Shown: positions 46,428 to 60,055 of the stretch, in pieces
Layout of the letters: each line of letters starts with the position of its first letter
Position numbering within the stretch: position 1 is the first letter of the stretch
Source: Azolla caroliniana
Taxonomy: Eukaryota; Plantae; Polypodiophyta
Direction: 5' to 3'
NCBI GenBank assembly: GCA_043228905.1
Contig: JBHGNT010000020.1
Span: forward strand, 3,162,001-3,226,000
DNA: 64,000 nt
The notes under the pieces: generated by a model
Databases searched by the model: none
What the model was told of the DNA's origin: nothing
The model's input: the letters and a program-made list of their open reading frames with translations, nothing else
Position numbers and translations under genes: made by a program

Positions 46428-49304
46428 AACACGTTCGCGTTCACAAGTGGAAGGATGGCGCATTCCATTTATAGATTCCTTTTATAATCTTGCGATTTTA
46501 GACAATTTTCAAAACCTTGACACACCAGTATCACATGTTTTAAATAGCATGTAAAATTTGCTAATTTTTTGAGATTTAACAAGTTTCAAAATGATAATTT
46601 CTAAAATTGAATAGTTTTTCAGTAAATGTTTAAATGTTGATGGTTTGCAAATATGAAATGTAGTTAACTTAAAGAAAATCACAATGGTTAACTCAAGGCA
46701 CAAGTTAAGATTAATGGTTTCACCATCTTGATGAGATTAAGATTACATCTTTTGTTAGACTTGAAAATGTTTTAAGTATAAGAGGTAACATTGCAATCCT
46801 TAATGTTATCATCTATAAATTTAGTGCTCATTAACATCCATAAATTCACAACTGAAGAAATGTAGACAATATTCATAAACAATTTTGATAAATCCACAAC
46901 TCCTAAAATGTAGATGATATTCATAAACAGTCAAACTTTAGATGTGAACATTAATATATCAATTTGATCATATCACATAATTATCAGGGTATCTACAATG
47001 TTATCCTCTTCTTCCTTTTGAGAATTCCCCTACAAAATTTGTGAAGTAAATGGCATTTGCAAAGTTCAATTACCATCAATACAATTATTAATGTTTTTTT
47101 GCTAATTAATGAAGCACATGTTCACCATAAGGTATCTTATTGTGCAACATACATCTTTGCAGTATCGATATGTATCTTTTTCTCTTGTAAAAACATAGAT
47201 TTCAGTATAATTTGAGTTCATGTTTAAAAAACCTCTTTTATTTGAAAAACAAGAAGATTTGAACTCGATATGTTGTATCGAGTTGATGTAAAAAACAGAG
47301 TTTTGATCATAATTCCATACAATGTATTGAATTCGTGTTTAAAGTTTTTTTTACCAGATTTAAATAATAATAATAATAATAAGTTGAGCTTGAGTTCATA
47401 TAAAAACTAGTTTTTTCATCACAATTTGATACAATGTATCGAGTTCATGTTTAAAGTATATTTTTCAAATTTGTTTTTCAAAATTTTCCAATTTTTTTCA
47501 ATTTTATTTATGGAAAAAAATAATTTTAAACATGAATTCGATACATTGTATCGACTTGTGATGAAAACTCTGTTTTTTCATAATTTATTAAAGCTCAAAA
47601 AATAATAATAATCCCGAAATAAAGCTTTAAACATGAACTCGATACATTGTATCGAGTTCATGTCAAAATTTTAGCTTTTCAACATGAACTCGATACAATG
47701 TCGAGTTCGTGTTGAAAAGCTAACTTGTTTAATGCTTTTTTTTTGGGTTTTTAAAAAAAATTGCTTTTTTCCTATTTATTTTGGTTTTTTGTCGTGTTTT
47801 TTGAAAAAAACATTTAGTTCTAATAAATGATGAAAAAACCAGAGTTTTCATCACAAGTTGATACAATGTATCGAATTCATGTTTTTAAATTTTTTTCCCA
47901 TAAACAAATTGGAAAAAATAAAAAACAATTGAAAAAAATCAAACAAAATTGAAAACAAATTAAATAAATTTAGAAAAATATACTTTAAACATGAACTCGA
48001 TACATTGTATTGAATTGTGATGAAAAATCTAGTTTTTATATGAACTCAAGCTCAACTTATTATAATTATTATTTTTTAAATCCGGTAAAAAAAACTTTAA
48101 ACATGAATTCAATACATTGTATGGATTTATGATCAAAACTCTATTTTTTACATTAACTCGATACAACATATTAAGTTCATGTTTAAAAATCTTCTTGTTT
48201 TTCAAATAAAAGAGGTTTTTTAAACATGAACTCAAATTATACTGAAATCTATGTTTTTACAAGAGAAAATGATGCACATCGATACTGTAAAGATGTATGT
48301 TAAGATACTTTATGGTGAAAATGTGCATCATTGATTAACAAAAAACCATTAATAATTGTGTTGATGGTAATTGAACCATGGAAATGTCATTTACATGGTC
48401 TATAAAGTATTCTCGTGGTTCTCAATGACCACTTCAAGCACTTAATGTTGATCTTCATAGTTTGGTTCATCTACAACAGAGAAACATTAATGTGGAACAA
48501 AGGATGACAACACGAGCATAACTTAGGTGACAAGGAAACTTGCAAGAACTCAAGGTGGGGATATTAATAACTACACATGTAGATGGCCATGAGCTAGGGT
48601 ACCAATTCTACATTGGTAAAGTTTTGGACATGATGATGCATTAAACCTTTGTAACACATCTATCATTGACATTAGTTAGGTGGATATCATTGTGTATGAA
48701 TTTACACTGACAAAAGTTGGATGTTTAAGGACAACAATGATATACATAATAAAAGAGATATTACCAAGTCTAGAAGATATCTCAGATTGAAGGTGAAGAA
48801 GATTTACTACACACAATTTGGAGACACCATTTGGTGAAGACAATGATTTGATTGGTACATTTGAAAATGAGGAGGACAAGTCACAATTGTATATTATCAA
48901 TAGTAGTGATTCTCATGAAAAGAATGATGATATATATGCAAATAACTCCCAAATGTATTTGTTGTGCAACTATGTGTAACAAATTTAAACATTTTATCGA
49001 ATGAAATAAAAACGTTCATTGTTTTGAAATCCTGTGCTTTTGATTTCTTTAAGATCTAAAAACTTATTAGTTGTAATTTTTCTTTAAAAATACACAAAGT
49101 TACTTTTCGTATTTGACCAAAATTTGGTATTTTTCAATTTTACCAAATGGTGAAATTTTCAACTTTTTCATCAAGTTTTAGAGAACATGTGATACTAGTA
49201 TCAAGGTGTTTTGTGAAATGGCAAAAAAAAACCCAAAATCAAACGGAATAGTACTTATCCTTCCACTTGTGCGCGATCCTTCCACTTGTGAACACGAACG
49301 TGTT
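46428..49304. mobile_element. Non-autonomous TIR DNA element (~2.9 kb)
   Basis: TIRs AACACGTTCGCGTTCACAAGTGGAAGGAT / ATCCTTCCACTTGTGAACACGAACGTGTT; 4-bp TSD CAAC; further inverted similarity at ~46510-46545 and 49180-49215. Confidence 0.82.
47046..48394. repeat. Long inverted repeat (foldback), arms ~47046-47600 and ~47812-48394, containing palindromic subunits
   Basis: Arms align by eye; repeated AACATGAACTCGATACAWTGTATCGAGTTCATGTT-like palindromes. Confidence 0.92.
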
Positions 49305-49727
49305 CAACACACAAACACAGAGGAACAAAGAGGGAGAGAGAGACTTTTCTCAAAGGAGAGTCGACTGTTCGGCATGCCAAGTATTGATGGGTAGGGGGTG
49401 GAGCCAAGAACGGCTTTACCCCCCTCCCAAGGGGGTTACGCTTGACGGAGAGAGAGAAGGAGAGAGAAACAGAGACATGGAAAAATGAGAGGGAAAACTT
49501 CTATATTCCATTACGTGCTCCATAGGGGCTTTATATAGTACCATAATATGAACATTACAAAAAGACCCTTACATTATTGTACACATGCATATAATTGTGC
49601 ATGTGTTCATACACATATTTATCCTCACTCACACTAGTATACATTACACATATACCAGGACCCCTTGATCACGTTTGACCCTTAAACCACCCCATACACT
49701 CCTTTGGGTAACACTTTTATGCCAACA
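49305..49727 (-). mobile_element. LTR fragment
   Basis: Minus strand starts TGTTGGCAT at 49727, CTATATAAAGCCCC TATA, CT-rich region; other end unclear. Confidence 0.55.
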
Positions 49728-49729
49728 AC

Positions 49730-50150
49730 ATGGGCTTGCTTGATCGAGAAGAAGAGCAAATTTTCTCTTGCTTCTTGAAGGTGAAGAGCCTTATTGAATG
49801 GGAGACTGGCCAAAATATCAAATGTCTTAGGACTGATGGCGGAAAACAGTACTTTTTCGACCAGTTCTCAAGCTATCTGCAGAAGGAGGGAATTTGACAC
49901 GAATTACCTTGTAGATACACGCCGCAGTAGAACGGCGTGGCTGAGCAGAAGAATCAGACGATAGAAGAGCATGCCCAAGTTCTATTGGGCCGAAGCGGTC
50001 AGAACAATTGTGTAACTTCAGAATCAGACATTCGCAGCTGGAGGAAAAGTGTCGCCACACGAGTTGTACTTCGGGAAGAAGCCAAACTTGGCACACTTGA
50101 GCATGTTCAACAACATAGCATATGTGCATGTGCCGAAGGAGATGATTTTT
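49730..50150 (+). mobile_element. Internally deleted Copia integrase fragment
   Basis: IKCLRTDGG, CRYTPQ*NGVAE, ELYFGKKPNLAHL..AYVHVPKE. Confidence 0.8.
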
Positions 50151-51522
50151 TGTCGATCCAATCTCACCATCCGTCCTTTTCCTTTTTTCTTCCACTATCA
50201 CCTCATGGTCTTGGTGTTCTGCCATCTGAGCATAGACTATCATAGCATCTACCGGAACATCCCATCCAATATTTTTCCTTACAAAATCTCGAGCAATACG
50301 AAGGTCTTCCATCTTTATCTTTTGCTTTTGTGCGGAACTTACAACCTTCTCCCAGAATGATGATCGGCATGGCGTGTCATCAAGACGCATTCCTGCCGTT
50401 GCCGAGTAGTACATTGCAGAAACCTTTTTTGCTTCAACTTCTTCAAACTTAACCTTAACACCAACATCACCAAAGTTCTTTCTAAGTGGACTTCTACTTT
50501 TAGTTAAGTAAATGTTACCATTTTTCCAATAGACCAAGTCTCGATTTTCCATGTCTTTATATTCCGCACAATCACGTAATCGATGTTCGACACTATCACA
50601 CCACGTGCATCGAGGTCTAAATGGTTCCCTTGACCTTCAAGTCTAACCATTCTCAAGCTTTGCCACTTTAATTGTTAAATCTTTCATACTTTGAACCAAA
50701 TAATCAAGCAAAGACTCACCCTTAGTTTCGATCATTTCTCGTGGTCGATGGACCATTTCGTGTGATGGTTCTCGACCAAGTCTTTGAGATTCGATGTTTT
50801 GCTCAAGCAGATTTGTGATTCCCACATGTGGTATTTGTAGCATTGCACCATTCCTTTGCATTATTTTCATAAATTTATTACAAGTATTTGTTACCTCATT
50901 CCAATATGCAGTTATACCATCCTCGGTATTTGGTACTTCAAGCATAAATTCCAATTCGTTTCTATATCTCTCATCAACTGCTTGCAAAAAATAAAAAGCA
51001 ACCTTTTGCCAACATAGATAATTTCTTTCTTCTGGCTTTAAGTGTCCATACAATCTATCAAACTCTTTTTTTGTGTCAGCAAGAAATAATCCTTTATTTT
51101 CTTTTAGGACCCATTCATGGAATGAACGCATAGTCATGCGAGAGAAATCTTCACAAGAATATTCAGACACAAGTGATTCTTTGAATGCATTCCAATCCAA
51201 ACTATGCAATGATTGTATTTCACGAATTCTATCTCTTAATTCCATGTCCATTAATTTATAAAAGTTTGCTATCATATTGACGTCATTCACACCAGACATT
51301 TCCATTTCATCATAATATATATTGACATACTTTGAAATATTTTTGCCATCAAACACACCAATCTTCTCTCGAACTTCTCGTAAGGCATGAAATAATTGAT
51401 CTTGATTCAATTTTTCAATAAACAACCTTACCAGATCTATTGTACTCGTATTGCCATGTTGATGTTGATCTTTACTTTAGATGTCTCTTCTACTTCCCCG
51501 TTTCACGTCGGCTTCACCAAAT
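50150..51522 (-). mobile_element. Phygy-like Gypsy 5' region: gag (ORF 50643-51425 and downstream) and tRNA-Trp-type PBS (51502-51519)
   Basis: FDGKNISKY gag motif, CTWCDSVEHRLRDC knuckle; minus-strand TGGTGAAGCCGACGTGAA 3 nt after an LTR end. Confidence 0.8.
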
Positions 51523-52161
51523 TGTGGCATGGCCTGCCTAGAAGCGTACCGTTGCGTACACAAAAGATATCATGAAAGTGAGGCAGGAATCACTGGGATT
51601 ATGGACGGAAGAGACGAAAGAGTAGAGATAGAGTAAATCAAGATCAACAAGATATGACAAGATAGGATATAGAATGATATGTAAAGGAATAAAAGAAATT
51701 TATAATTATTTGATGAAAGAGTTACAAAAGTGATTGCGAGTGTCGTTGAACTGTCGAACTTTGTCTCCTAAAATAATTGCTCTTTTCTCTCTTGATAGTA
51801 GGCCACAACAATCTTCACTTCAATATTTCGATGAAGATAAGACTCGAACCGCCTTCCTTTTGTTGAGAGTTTAGCACCACGACCGCCAAGCTAGAGCTTC
51901 TCTTGGGTGTTAAACACCTTTCCTTTCTTTCTCTATTTTATGGTATCTTTTATGTAATATAATTCTATTTGATTGATATATCATACACTATAGTTCTTCA
52001 ATTTTGATTTCTTCGATATCCCTTGTGACCATACTCCCTTCTCCTTTTATAGGGAAGAGATTGTTCTACATCTGGTCCATGTGGCGCACATGCAGAGAGG
52101 CTCTTGCATTTGTGCTATATGATGCACATGTAGTACATTTCATGGTTTAAACCATACAATA
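51523..52161 (-). repeat. 5' LTR of the Phygy-like element (outer end approximate)
   Basis: Minus-strand ...CCACA end next to the PBS; CTATAAAAGG TATA on the minus strand near 52043-52052. Confidence 0.65.
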
Positions 52162-52569
52162 CTACAACACATATTTTTTATATGTATCACAACTATAGGC
52201 TAAATGGTAAGGTTTGAATGCCATAAGGTTGTTTTTATACTACTTCAAATAAAACAACGCATATAATCTTTTGTAAACTATCAGTATAGGCTAAATGGTA
52301 AGGTTTAAGTGTCCTAAGGTGGGGGTTATTGGTTCAAGTCCTTGTCCATGTACTATAACATATTTTTATTTTGTTTTATCGTAGTATAAAAATATTATCA
52401 TAGTGTGTTGTTAATATTATCTTTATGTATAAAATATAATCAAGATTTATTTTATTTTAGTTACATATTTATCTTATTGTACTTTTAATGTGAAGCTTTC
52501 ATACTTCACGACAACATAGACTCAAACACGCCCATGACGTCATCGTATTGGCTCTTTCGAGTAGCTACA

Positions 52570-53890
52570 ACTTTAATTCATATCTCTTGTATTAACATTA
52601 CTAGATGCACGGTTTGGTTAGAGAAAACCCATCTACATCGTTGTTTCCATAGAATCCAAAGAGTTATTGGGCTGACCGATTCCAACACAATTTGAGATTT
52701 AGCATTAATAGGATTTGAGTGGATATTGTTGATGGTGGAAAAAAACGTCTTGTGCTTTTATCCCCAAAGTCATTCCCTCCTCCTGATGTTCGTATCTCTC
52801 AATTGGGGCCTATGATAACCAACATACATTTCCCCACTTGATTTTGCCTTGCACCTAGCATAATTGCAAAAGGCGACCAACCCCCCACCATATTCGATGA
52901 GCCTCTGTCCAGTCCCACAGAGTGTGTCAGATTGATTTTGTTGCATTTGGGAACACTACACAGTTAGGAGAGCTAAGGTTCCCACATTGCCACGTTCCAA
53001 CTAGTAGCGACTTATGTATTAATAACCATTGGAATGTGGTAATTCGCCTAGCGTGTTGTTCTTTCTAGATTTTCTGCCAAACCTTCGTGATAGTTGTATG
53101 AGGAACATGATATGTGTCCAATACCTTTATAGCAGCCAACTAGCAGGTGGTTTGAGGGGCTAGAAAGTGGCGGCCCAATATAGTCATGAATTGAAAGAAA
53201 TGGATGGGTTTGCTTCCTTGCCTCGCATAAGGATCACGCCACGTCCATTGCAAAGAGTCCCAACTAACCTTACGTAACCATGTGTTTTTATAAGTACATA
53301 TGTCCCATTCTCGTTGTACTTTGATCAAACTAGGATCTACAATCCATTTATGACCAGTATATGTGAGTACTCGAATTGCCATATTCTTGCCTCGCAATAC
53401 AGGGCCTTTGATGATGTCTGGTGTTTCCCTACCACTTGGGATCAACAAGCTCTCCTCCTCGTAGCCTATCCACTGCTCCATTGTCGTCCTTTGATTAGCA
53501 ACTTCCCTAAGCAATAGAGTGTTAACAATTTCAGATCTCATAGTCCATCCACCCTTGATTCCATGGAGAATGTTGCTTTGATCTTGTATTGACAATTACA
53601 TAAACCATATCCAACATTCTATGTACTCTTTCCTAAACATTCTATAATGCAACCCCATGACAAGCCCTAACTTGATCCAATAAGTTGACCAGATTCATCT
53701 CTTATACATAGGTTCCATAGGATGTGTTGATTGAGACAAGCAGGTTCAGACTTAGGTTGATTGCACTTGAGCCCTTGTCTTATGTCACACCACGCCTTCC
53801 ACATGGATACACTGAATCTATCCTCCAATTGGTGTGAGAAACTTGGTTTGCGATTCATGTTTAGAATGCATCCTGTTTGGGAAGGAATAG
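52570..53890 (-). mobile_element. 5'-truncated, decayed L1-type LINE (ORF2 C-terminus)
   Basis: Trp-rich post-RT region, FQWLLIHKSL..C..HTLWD zf-RVT-like remnant, WILWKQRCRWVF C-terminal motif. Confidence 0.65.
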
Positions 53891-56540
53891 ATTTTAATCA
53901 TTCGACATTAGGATTGCAATGATACGTTGACAAGAGAAATTGCTTCATGACACATAGATAATAGAAAGAGGAAAAAGGTGTGATGATTAAAAGGCTAGTT
54001 AAGCATAGTGAAAAGAAACATATATATTTTGAAACAATGGAGGAATGAAGATACTTCACACAAGTCACATGGCCTGTTTTGTCCATCTCATCAAGTTGAT
54101 AAGGTCCTCATGTTTGCTACTTGGAAACACATGTCATTTTCAAAATACAAAGGAGAATGGTGGAAAACTAGAAAAGTGAAGTAGAAGTGTTGATTCAAGA
54201 TTAATAACAAAATAAGCTTTTACTTCATTGGCTATTCACACTCACAAACACATGCATGACGATTGTAATCAGCCTTCAACCATCTACATTTTAGAAAGTT
54301 GTAAATCAAAGTCATTGATATCTCAAGTAAACTTCAATTCAAGTTTGAAAAACCAAGACCATTTTACATGCAAAAGAGAAATGAATAAGGTATGTGTAAA
54401 TAAAATATAAAACAATTGAAACAATTCGATAATAATTTAATATATAAAATAAATAAAATGTACATGTAGTATCGCAATTTGCAATGATGCGATGTGTATA
54501 AAAAGAGAAGGAAGAATTATGAAATGAGTTATTACTCACTCAAATGAGAGGGCCACGCTTACATATTATGTAGTTGGAGTCAATTTAATCTAAATTTTGC
54601 AAATAAAAACAATTATTCTCGGATTTGTCGTACCATGAAATCCATTCTTTCGTCAAGAAAACAAAGTCTTAGGTCGGAACTTGCGCATAACGGCTTGGAA
54701 CATCAACAACTATGGGTATGGATGTTCCAAGTCCTCGTGCAATTCGGATTTGATGTCAAATTGCAGAATAAGAATGAGCCTATTAGATAAGAATGAAATT
54801 TTTAGTATCCGATGTTTTCTTTAACTTGTAACTAGACACATAATTAGATTATCAATTTTCAAGTCAAGGATCTTTCGGAATATCATGGAATACTTAAGCT
54901 ATCGTTAAATCTCATTTAAGAAGAATTATTAGGTATTGTAGCTTACTAATTGTGATGGTGGTTTATTGCCCTATGTTCCACAATTTTCCTATGGGTGTAA
55001 AACATGGATCTTGCTATTTTGTGGTTATGACAAACTACACAAGTACATTGTCTCCTGTATAGAAACAATGCCGTTAAAATGTTTCCTATAAATTTTTATT
55101 TGCTATAATCCTTTCTAGAACATGTGGCTACCACCTCATCCATAATTTATGGGAGATATTTTGGTCCACACAACTATGCATGTAGAGTAGAATAAAACGA
55201 GGAATTCCACATGCAATATTAATTACCTTATTCCATGTGGAATAGTGTAGAGATAATTGATGTTTCTTAGGCGAGGGCAAAGATTATGTTTTTTAAGAAT
55301 GTATGAACGATGTGCATAATCATCCTTTTGATTACTTCACATTCGAATCTAGGTTAATAATAAATTAGAAGATTAAAACCCTAGGAATTGTGTGAATAAA
55401 CTTCTTAATTTATTCAATTGGTTTCTTAATCGAAATTTTAAATCTTTTTATTTAATTAGGAGTTTATCCTAGGGCAATTTCTATTGTTCATTAATCATCA
55501 AATTTCTAATTATCAATTATTTGCGAGCTTATTTCAAAGCTTGCCGTATTTTAGAACAACGAATATCTCTCAATCGTAGAAGGATGGCACAAGTAAATAG
55601 AACTTACAATAAAATTATCAACTGACACCGTACATAGACACATCTAGTGAGATAGATAGGATAAGCAAATATCTTTCAATTTACAAGGGAGGTGTGGACA
55701 TGTCTCTCATGTAACAGAAGGCAATTAAGCTTGTGCAAAAAAGACAAAATTGTTTGGTTTGATAACATGTTCATCGACCATGCCAATGGGGCTGAAGTTG
55801 GGAAAACTTGTGGGACCGCCGTTGTTGATGAAATCGAGTCGTCATTTAATTTGTCCCATTGAATGCTAAAGTTGTAAATAAAAGTGAAGTGGCTCATCCA
55901 TCTCACTATGTTTAAAAATGCTTTAAGCTAAAAATTTAAAATCTATGTACGCAAACATTGTCCCATAAATATTGTCAATCGTTTGTTTTCATATACATAT
56001 GTGGAGCCAGGAGCACCATTGTGTTCTCTCTTTTCCACGTTGCATATTAATGAATAATTTCAATGACCAAGACAAGACTTTAAAGCATCTTGTATTTTTT
56101 GTCCATTCTCTTAGTATTATGAGATGGCTCTTAAGGAGAATTGTACTCGAATTCGCACCCTATTTTGTTGCTAAGGTTGAATAGAGACGTGGTTTTAAGA
56201 GATTTCTAGATTTCTCTTTCATACAATAATGAGACCTCAAATTGGTGGGACATGGTCACTAGATTTGGTGATTGAGAGGTCATACAACTCTGAAAGCCAG
56301 ACAAGCATAGTCGTGGAAAACACATACACACTAGTGTTCCTTTTGAAATGTATTCACACACACAAAAATATCAAAGGTGGATTATATAATAAAAAGATGA
56401 GTTGGAACATTTGTGTGGTATGTGTGTATGTGGTGGGGAGTGAATGCAAGTTGTCAATGTGTGGGTGAATTTTTATCAAAACCTGTTTTCTACAATTGTT
56501 AGTGCTCATCAATAAATTTCTATTATTTTCTGTTTTGTTG

Positions 56541-56544
<4 letters not shown>

Positions 56545-56586
<42 letters not shown>
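56545..56586. repeat. (GA)n microsatellite
   Basis: Pure GA run. Confidence 0.95.
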
Positions 56587-56589
<3 letters not shown>

Positions 56590-56885
56590 AAGCTCTTTTC
56601 ATTCATTCTTCAACTTCACTTCAGGTTTATTGATCCTTCTACCATTCCTACTTTGTAAAATAGATTAGTTTGATAAGATTATGATGAACCTTTTCTCATT
56701 TCTCTAAGGGTTATATAGCCATGAACTAATGCAAAACTGTTAAGATATTTTCATATTAAGGTTTTAATCACATATATGGAATATCCATGGATTACTAAAC
56801 TTGGAGAACTTGTTATTTAACATGTGCTCAATATGGCATCAATGATCATAATGTGCGTGTGCGTGTGTGTGTGTATAGATCCTAA

Positions 56886-56916
<31 letters not shown>

Positions 56917-57408
56917 AAATATATATCTAATACCCCAACAATTTTTATGAATCTTGATTTCAGATTACTTGGATATGTTATTAACATCAGATACGTGTTC
57001 ATCTCGTCAATGATCACCGATATCAAACTAATACCTTAGCTTGGCTTGGAGTGGTGCTTATCAATGGGTACTTGAAATGCATAATATTTTTGGCAATACA
57101 TGTTTGGTAACCATACCTCTAGATGCCGATTCATACATAGTAATTCTTATATATGTATATTATTCTCATGTTAATTTCAGTTGATCCTCCTAAAACCATC
57201 GATGATACCACCACCGACACATTACGTAATTTGTCAAATCAAGCACTTATAACATTACATGCTACACATATTAACACTACACGCTATACATATTAACATT
57301 ACATACTATACAATAAAGAATGCATTATGAGTATAGACTAGTGCTTATTATAGATCTAGGATATGATGATACATTGAAATGAATTCCTACATATGAGCTG
57401 ATCATCCA

Positions 57409-57915
57409 ATGCTTTATGTCACAGAAATGATTATCCGATTGGCGGTGTTGTCGACATTCCCCAAATGTTTTACGAGTAATGAAGACGGGCTCGATGCCGA
57501 CCAAAAATCAGAGCCCAAAGGTTTGAATTCGCTGGAACAACCCAAGTATACGAGTCTACGGGATGTCATGGTTGTGTCTCGGGCCAAGTGGTGTCACTCA
57601 AGCCAGCCCAAAGACCTTGAATGGTGTGACATATCAGAGGTTACATTCAAAGATAAATTGCTTAAACAAGCTGCCAAGGCATACCTACAACCCATGGGAG
57701 CACCCGAAATGGCTCGTAAGACGATGGTGCATATTCTGTCCGAGTATTGGACACACTTGAGTCATAAGAAGAAGCTCCTAGTTGCCAGTGTGAAGGAGTA
57801 TGCTGAGAAGCAGGTGGAGGCATGTGTAAAGTTCTTGAGGACTCAAGCTTTCAATGTCTTTGAGGAGTTCTGGCTTTTCCCAAAGCTATATATCGAGTTC
57901 CGGGCACCTCGATAA
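57409..57915 (+). CDS. Small plant-specific uncharacterised protein (YTSLRD / LKQAAxAYLQPM family), 168 aa
   Basis: Intact ORF with KYTSLRDV and KDKLLKQAAKAYLQPM, motifs I recall from land-plant expressed proteins; possible 5'-UTR intron ~56624-57180. Confidence 0.75.
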   Translation: MLYVTEMIIRLAVLSTFPKCFTSNEDGLDADQKSEPKGLNSLEQPKYTSLRDVMVVSRAKWCHSSQPKDLEWCDISEVTFKDKLLKQAAKAYLQPMGAPEMARKTMVHILSEYWTHLSHKKKLLVASVKEYAEKQVEACVKFLRTQAFNVFEEFWLFPKLYIEFRAPR

Positions 57916-58454
57916 AACCAACAATTTTATATATATCAATGCAATATGTTGAAGCGTATAACCGCTTGGAGAACACATTCAATCGGTAATGATTCTATTA
58001 TTTTTTGGATGAACCATGAGATGTGAGTGGAGTTTATATAGGCGAGTTTGCGAATGCAATGTTGGCCGTGCGAGATATCAAATGATACATATTTTAACCA
58101 CCATGTTATCGGGTCATACCATACCGAATTCATGAAGGTTGTAACATCTTAGTCTTATGTAGCTTCGATTGTATCATTAGGCGTCCACTAATCCAATGGG
58201 GAATCATTTTAATACCCACGAATTTGAGTTGGGATACAAAGAAACCAGTTGAGCTTCAGACTTGTTATTGATCAACAACAGATGGGGAAGCTAAAGCACA
58301 AGGATGTCACACTATACATTCGAAAAATACAAACCATTAATTGTATGAATGGGATAGAATTGTGGTAAAAAAAAGATATATATATTCTTTTAAGTATTCA
58401 TGGTTGAGGCACTTTGACATGTCTAAAGGAATGGGGATGATATTACACTCATAT

Positions 58455-60055
58455 TGTTACGGCCTTATAACATAAAATCAAACTTATGTACAGGAAAACG
58501 TAGTTCTGTCTGTGTTGGAGTAGTCACTTTCCACAGAATCAAAGTGAGAACATTACATTAATGAAATTGAAATGATAGTACTCAGAGATGATTTCGGCCA
58601 GGTCCACCGAACCCTAACTCGTTAGGATCTCCTTCTGTTGAAGACCTCAGAACTTCTCTGCTCTCTCTGCTTGCTTTCTCTCACGCTCAGCCACAACTTT
58701 TGTGCCTCTAAGCACAGTCCACGCTGTCTAAGCTCTTGCACTCACTCACTCAATGCTTCCTTCTTCGCTCACACACTCTCTGTTTTCTCACCTTCTCACG
58801 TGCTCTCGCTAATTCACTATCTTTTTTCCTTTGCGCAGGTAAAATCAGCTTCAATAACCTAACTACTAAATATACACATATATAAACGTATTATTCGTGT
58901 TCGTGCAAGCATTCAAACGTTTGGAAACGAACACGTTTGACATGAGAAAAATACGTGCTTCTTTTCTTTCTTTCTTTTTTTATCATTTTTTATCATTATA
59001 ATTTAGCTCACCCTAGTGGTAAGGAGTCATGCTATTGTTAACAATTTCTTAGGTTCGATTCCCAATTTTCTCATCTCTTTCTCCCTCTCATTAATACCAT
59101 GTCATAGCAAAATTTTATGTTAGTGTTCTAATTGTTTTCTTCTTTTATTTTTATTATTATTAGAACTAACCACAACCTAGTGGTAAGTTGTTATGCTACT
59201 ACTGCCTATGTCATGTTTTCTTCATATTCTCGAATATACGTTTTATGAGTTTTTTATCGTTTCTTTTTTTCTTTCTTTGTTATTAGAAATTAGGTCACCC
59301 TAGTCGTAAGTTGTTATGCTACTATTGCCTATGTCATGTTTTCTTCATATTCTCGAATATACGTTTTATGAGTTTTTGAACGTTTGATTATAATTTATAA
59401 TGACATATTTTGATTCAATCTCTATAGTTCATACTCATTTTTTTGTAAAGTTCTAAAGTGAGGATGATAGAGATGTCTTGATTCGCATCCCAAAAGTATG
59501 CATGTGACACAATGCAAATATTGCAACCATACTTATGTTGGTGGTTCACAATGGATTAGAGTCCACTTATTGGGATTGAGAGTGAATCAATATATAATAT
59601 AGACCCTAGTCAATCCAATCCAACTTTGAGACGATTTACCATACACGTTTGATTGAACCATTCTTGATTGCGAATGCACGTATGATACGTATGGTTCATT
59701 CTATGACTGGAATCAACTACCCAAGCACACTCAACATTTGCAAGGTTCACATTAGCTTGTTCACAAATAAATAACACCTCTTCCTCACTGGTTGCAACGG
59801 CTGAGGTGTTTTTATCATCGGAAATTATTTTGGGTTCGACCTCATTATCCATGCCTTTGTCCTTCCTAAGTTGTCGACAATTCTTTTGGAAATGACCAGG
59901 CTTCCCACAATAGAAGCATGCAGGTCTTTCTCTAGACTTCAACTTGGCATAAGACTTGTCTCTATTTTCAGGGTGTCTATGTTTGCTTCTTCCTCTACTA
60001 AGTTCTTGTGTTACATTAGCTTCCGATTAAGACAAGGCACTTGTTTTCTCCTCCC
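58455..60055 (-). mobile_element. Internally deleted Copia: gag knuckle and protease start joined almost directly to the 3' LTR (~58455-59612)
   Basis: CFYCGKPGHFQKNC and WVVDS, then ~90 bp to a degenerate PPT and an LTR-like region; LTR limits approximate. Confidence 0.65.

Noticed and set aside
49366-49727. Complete solo LTR (TGTTCGGCAT...ATGCCAACA)
   Set aside because: No matching TSD, and similar sequence recurs at ~46300-46370, so the boundary is unclear
52287-52345. Functional tRNA gene
   Set aside because: No acceptor or anticodon stems can be formed by eye
53900-56500. Short ORFs in AT-rich DNA
   Set aside because: No motifs or coding bias; probably intergenic or promoter DNA and old TE debris
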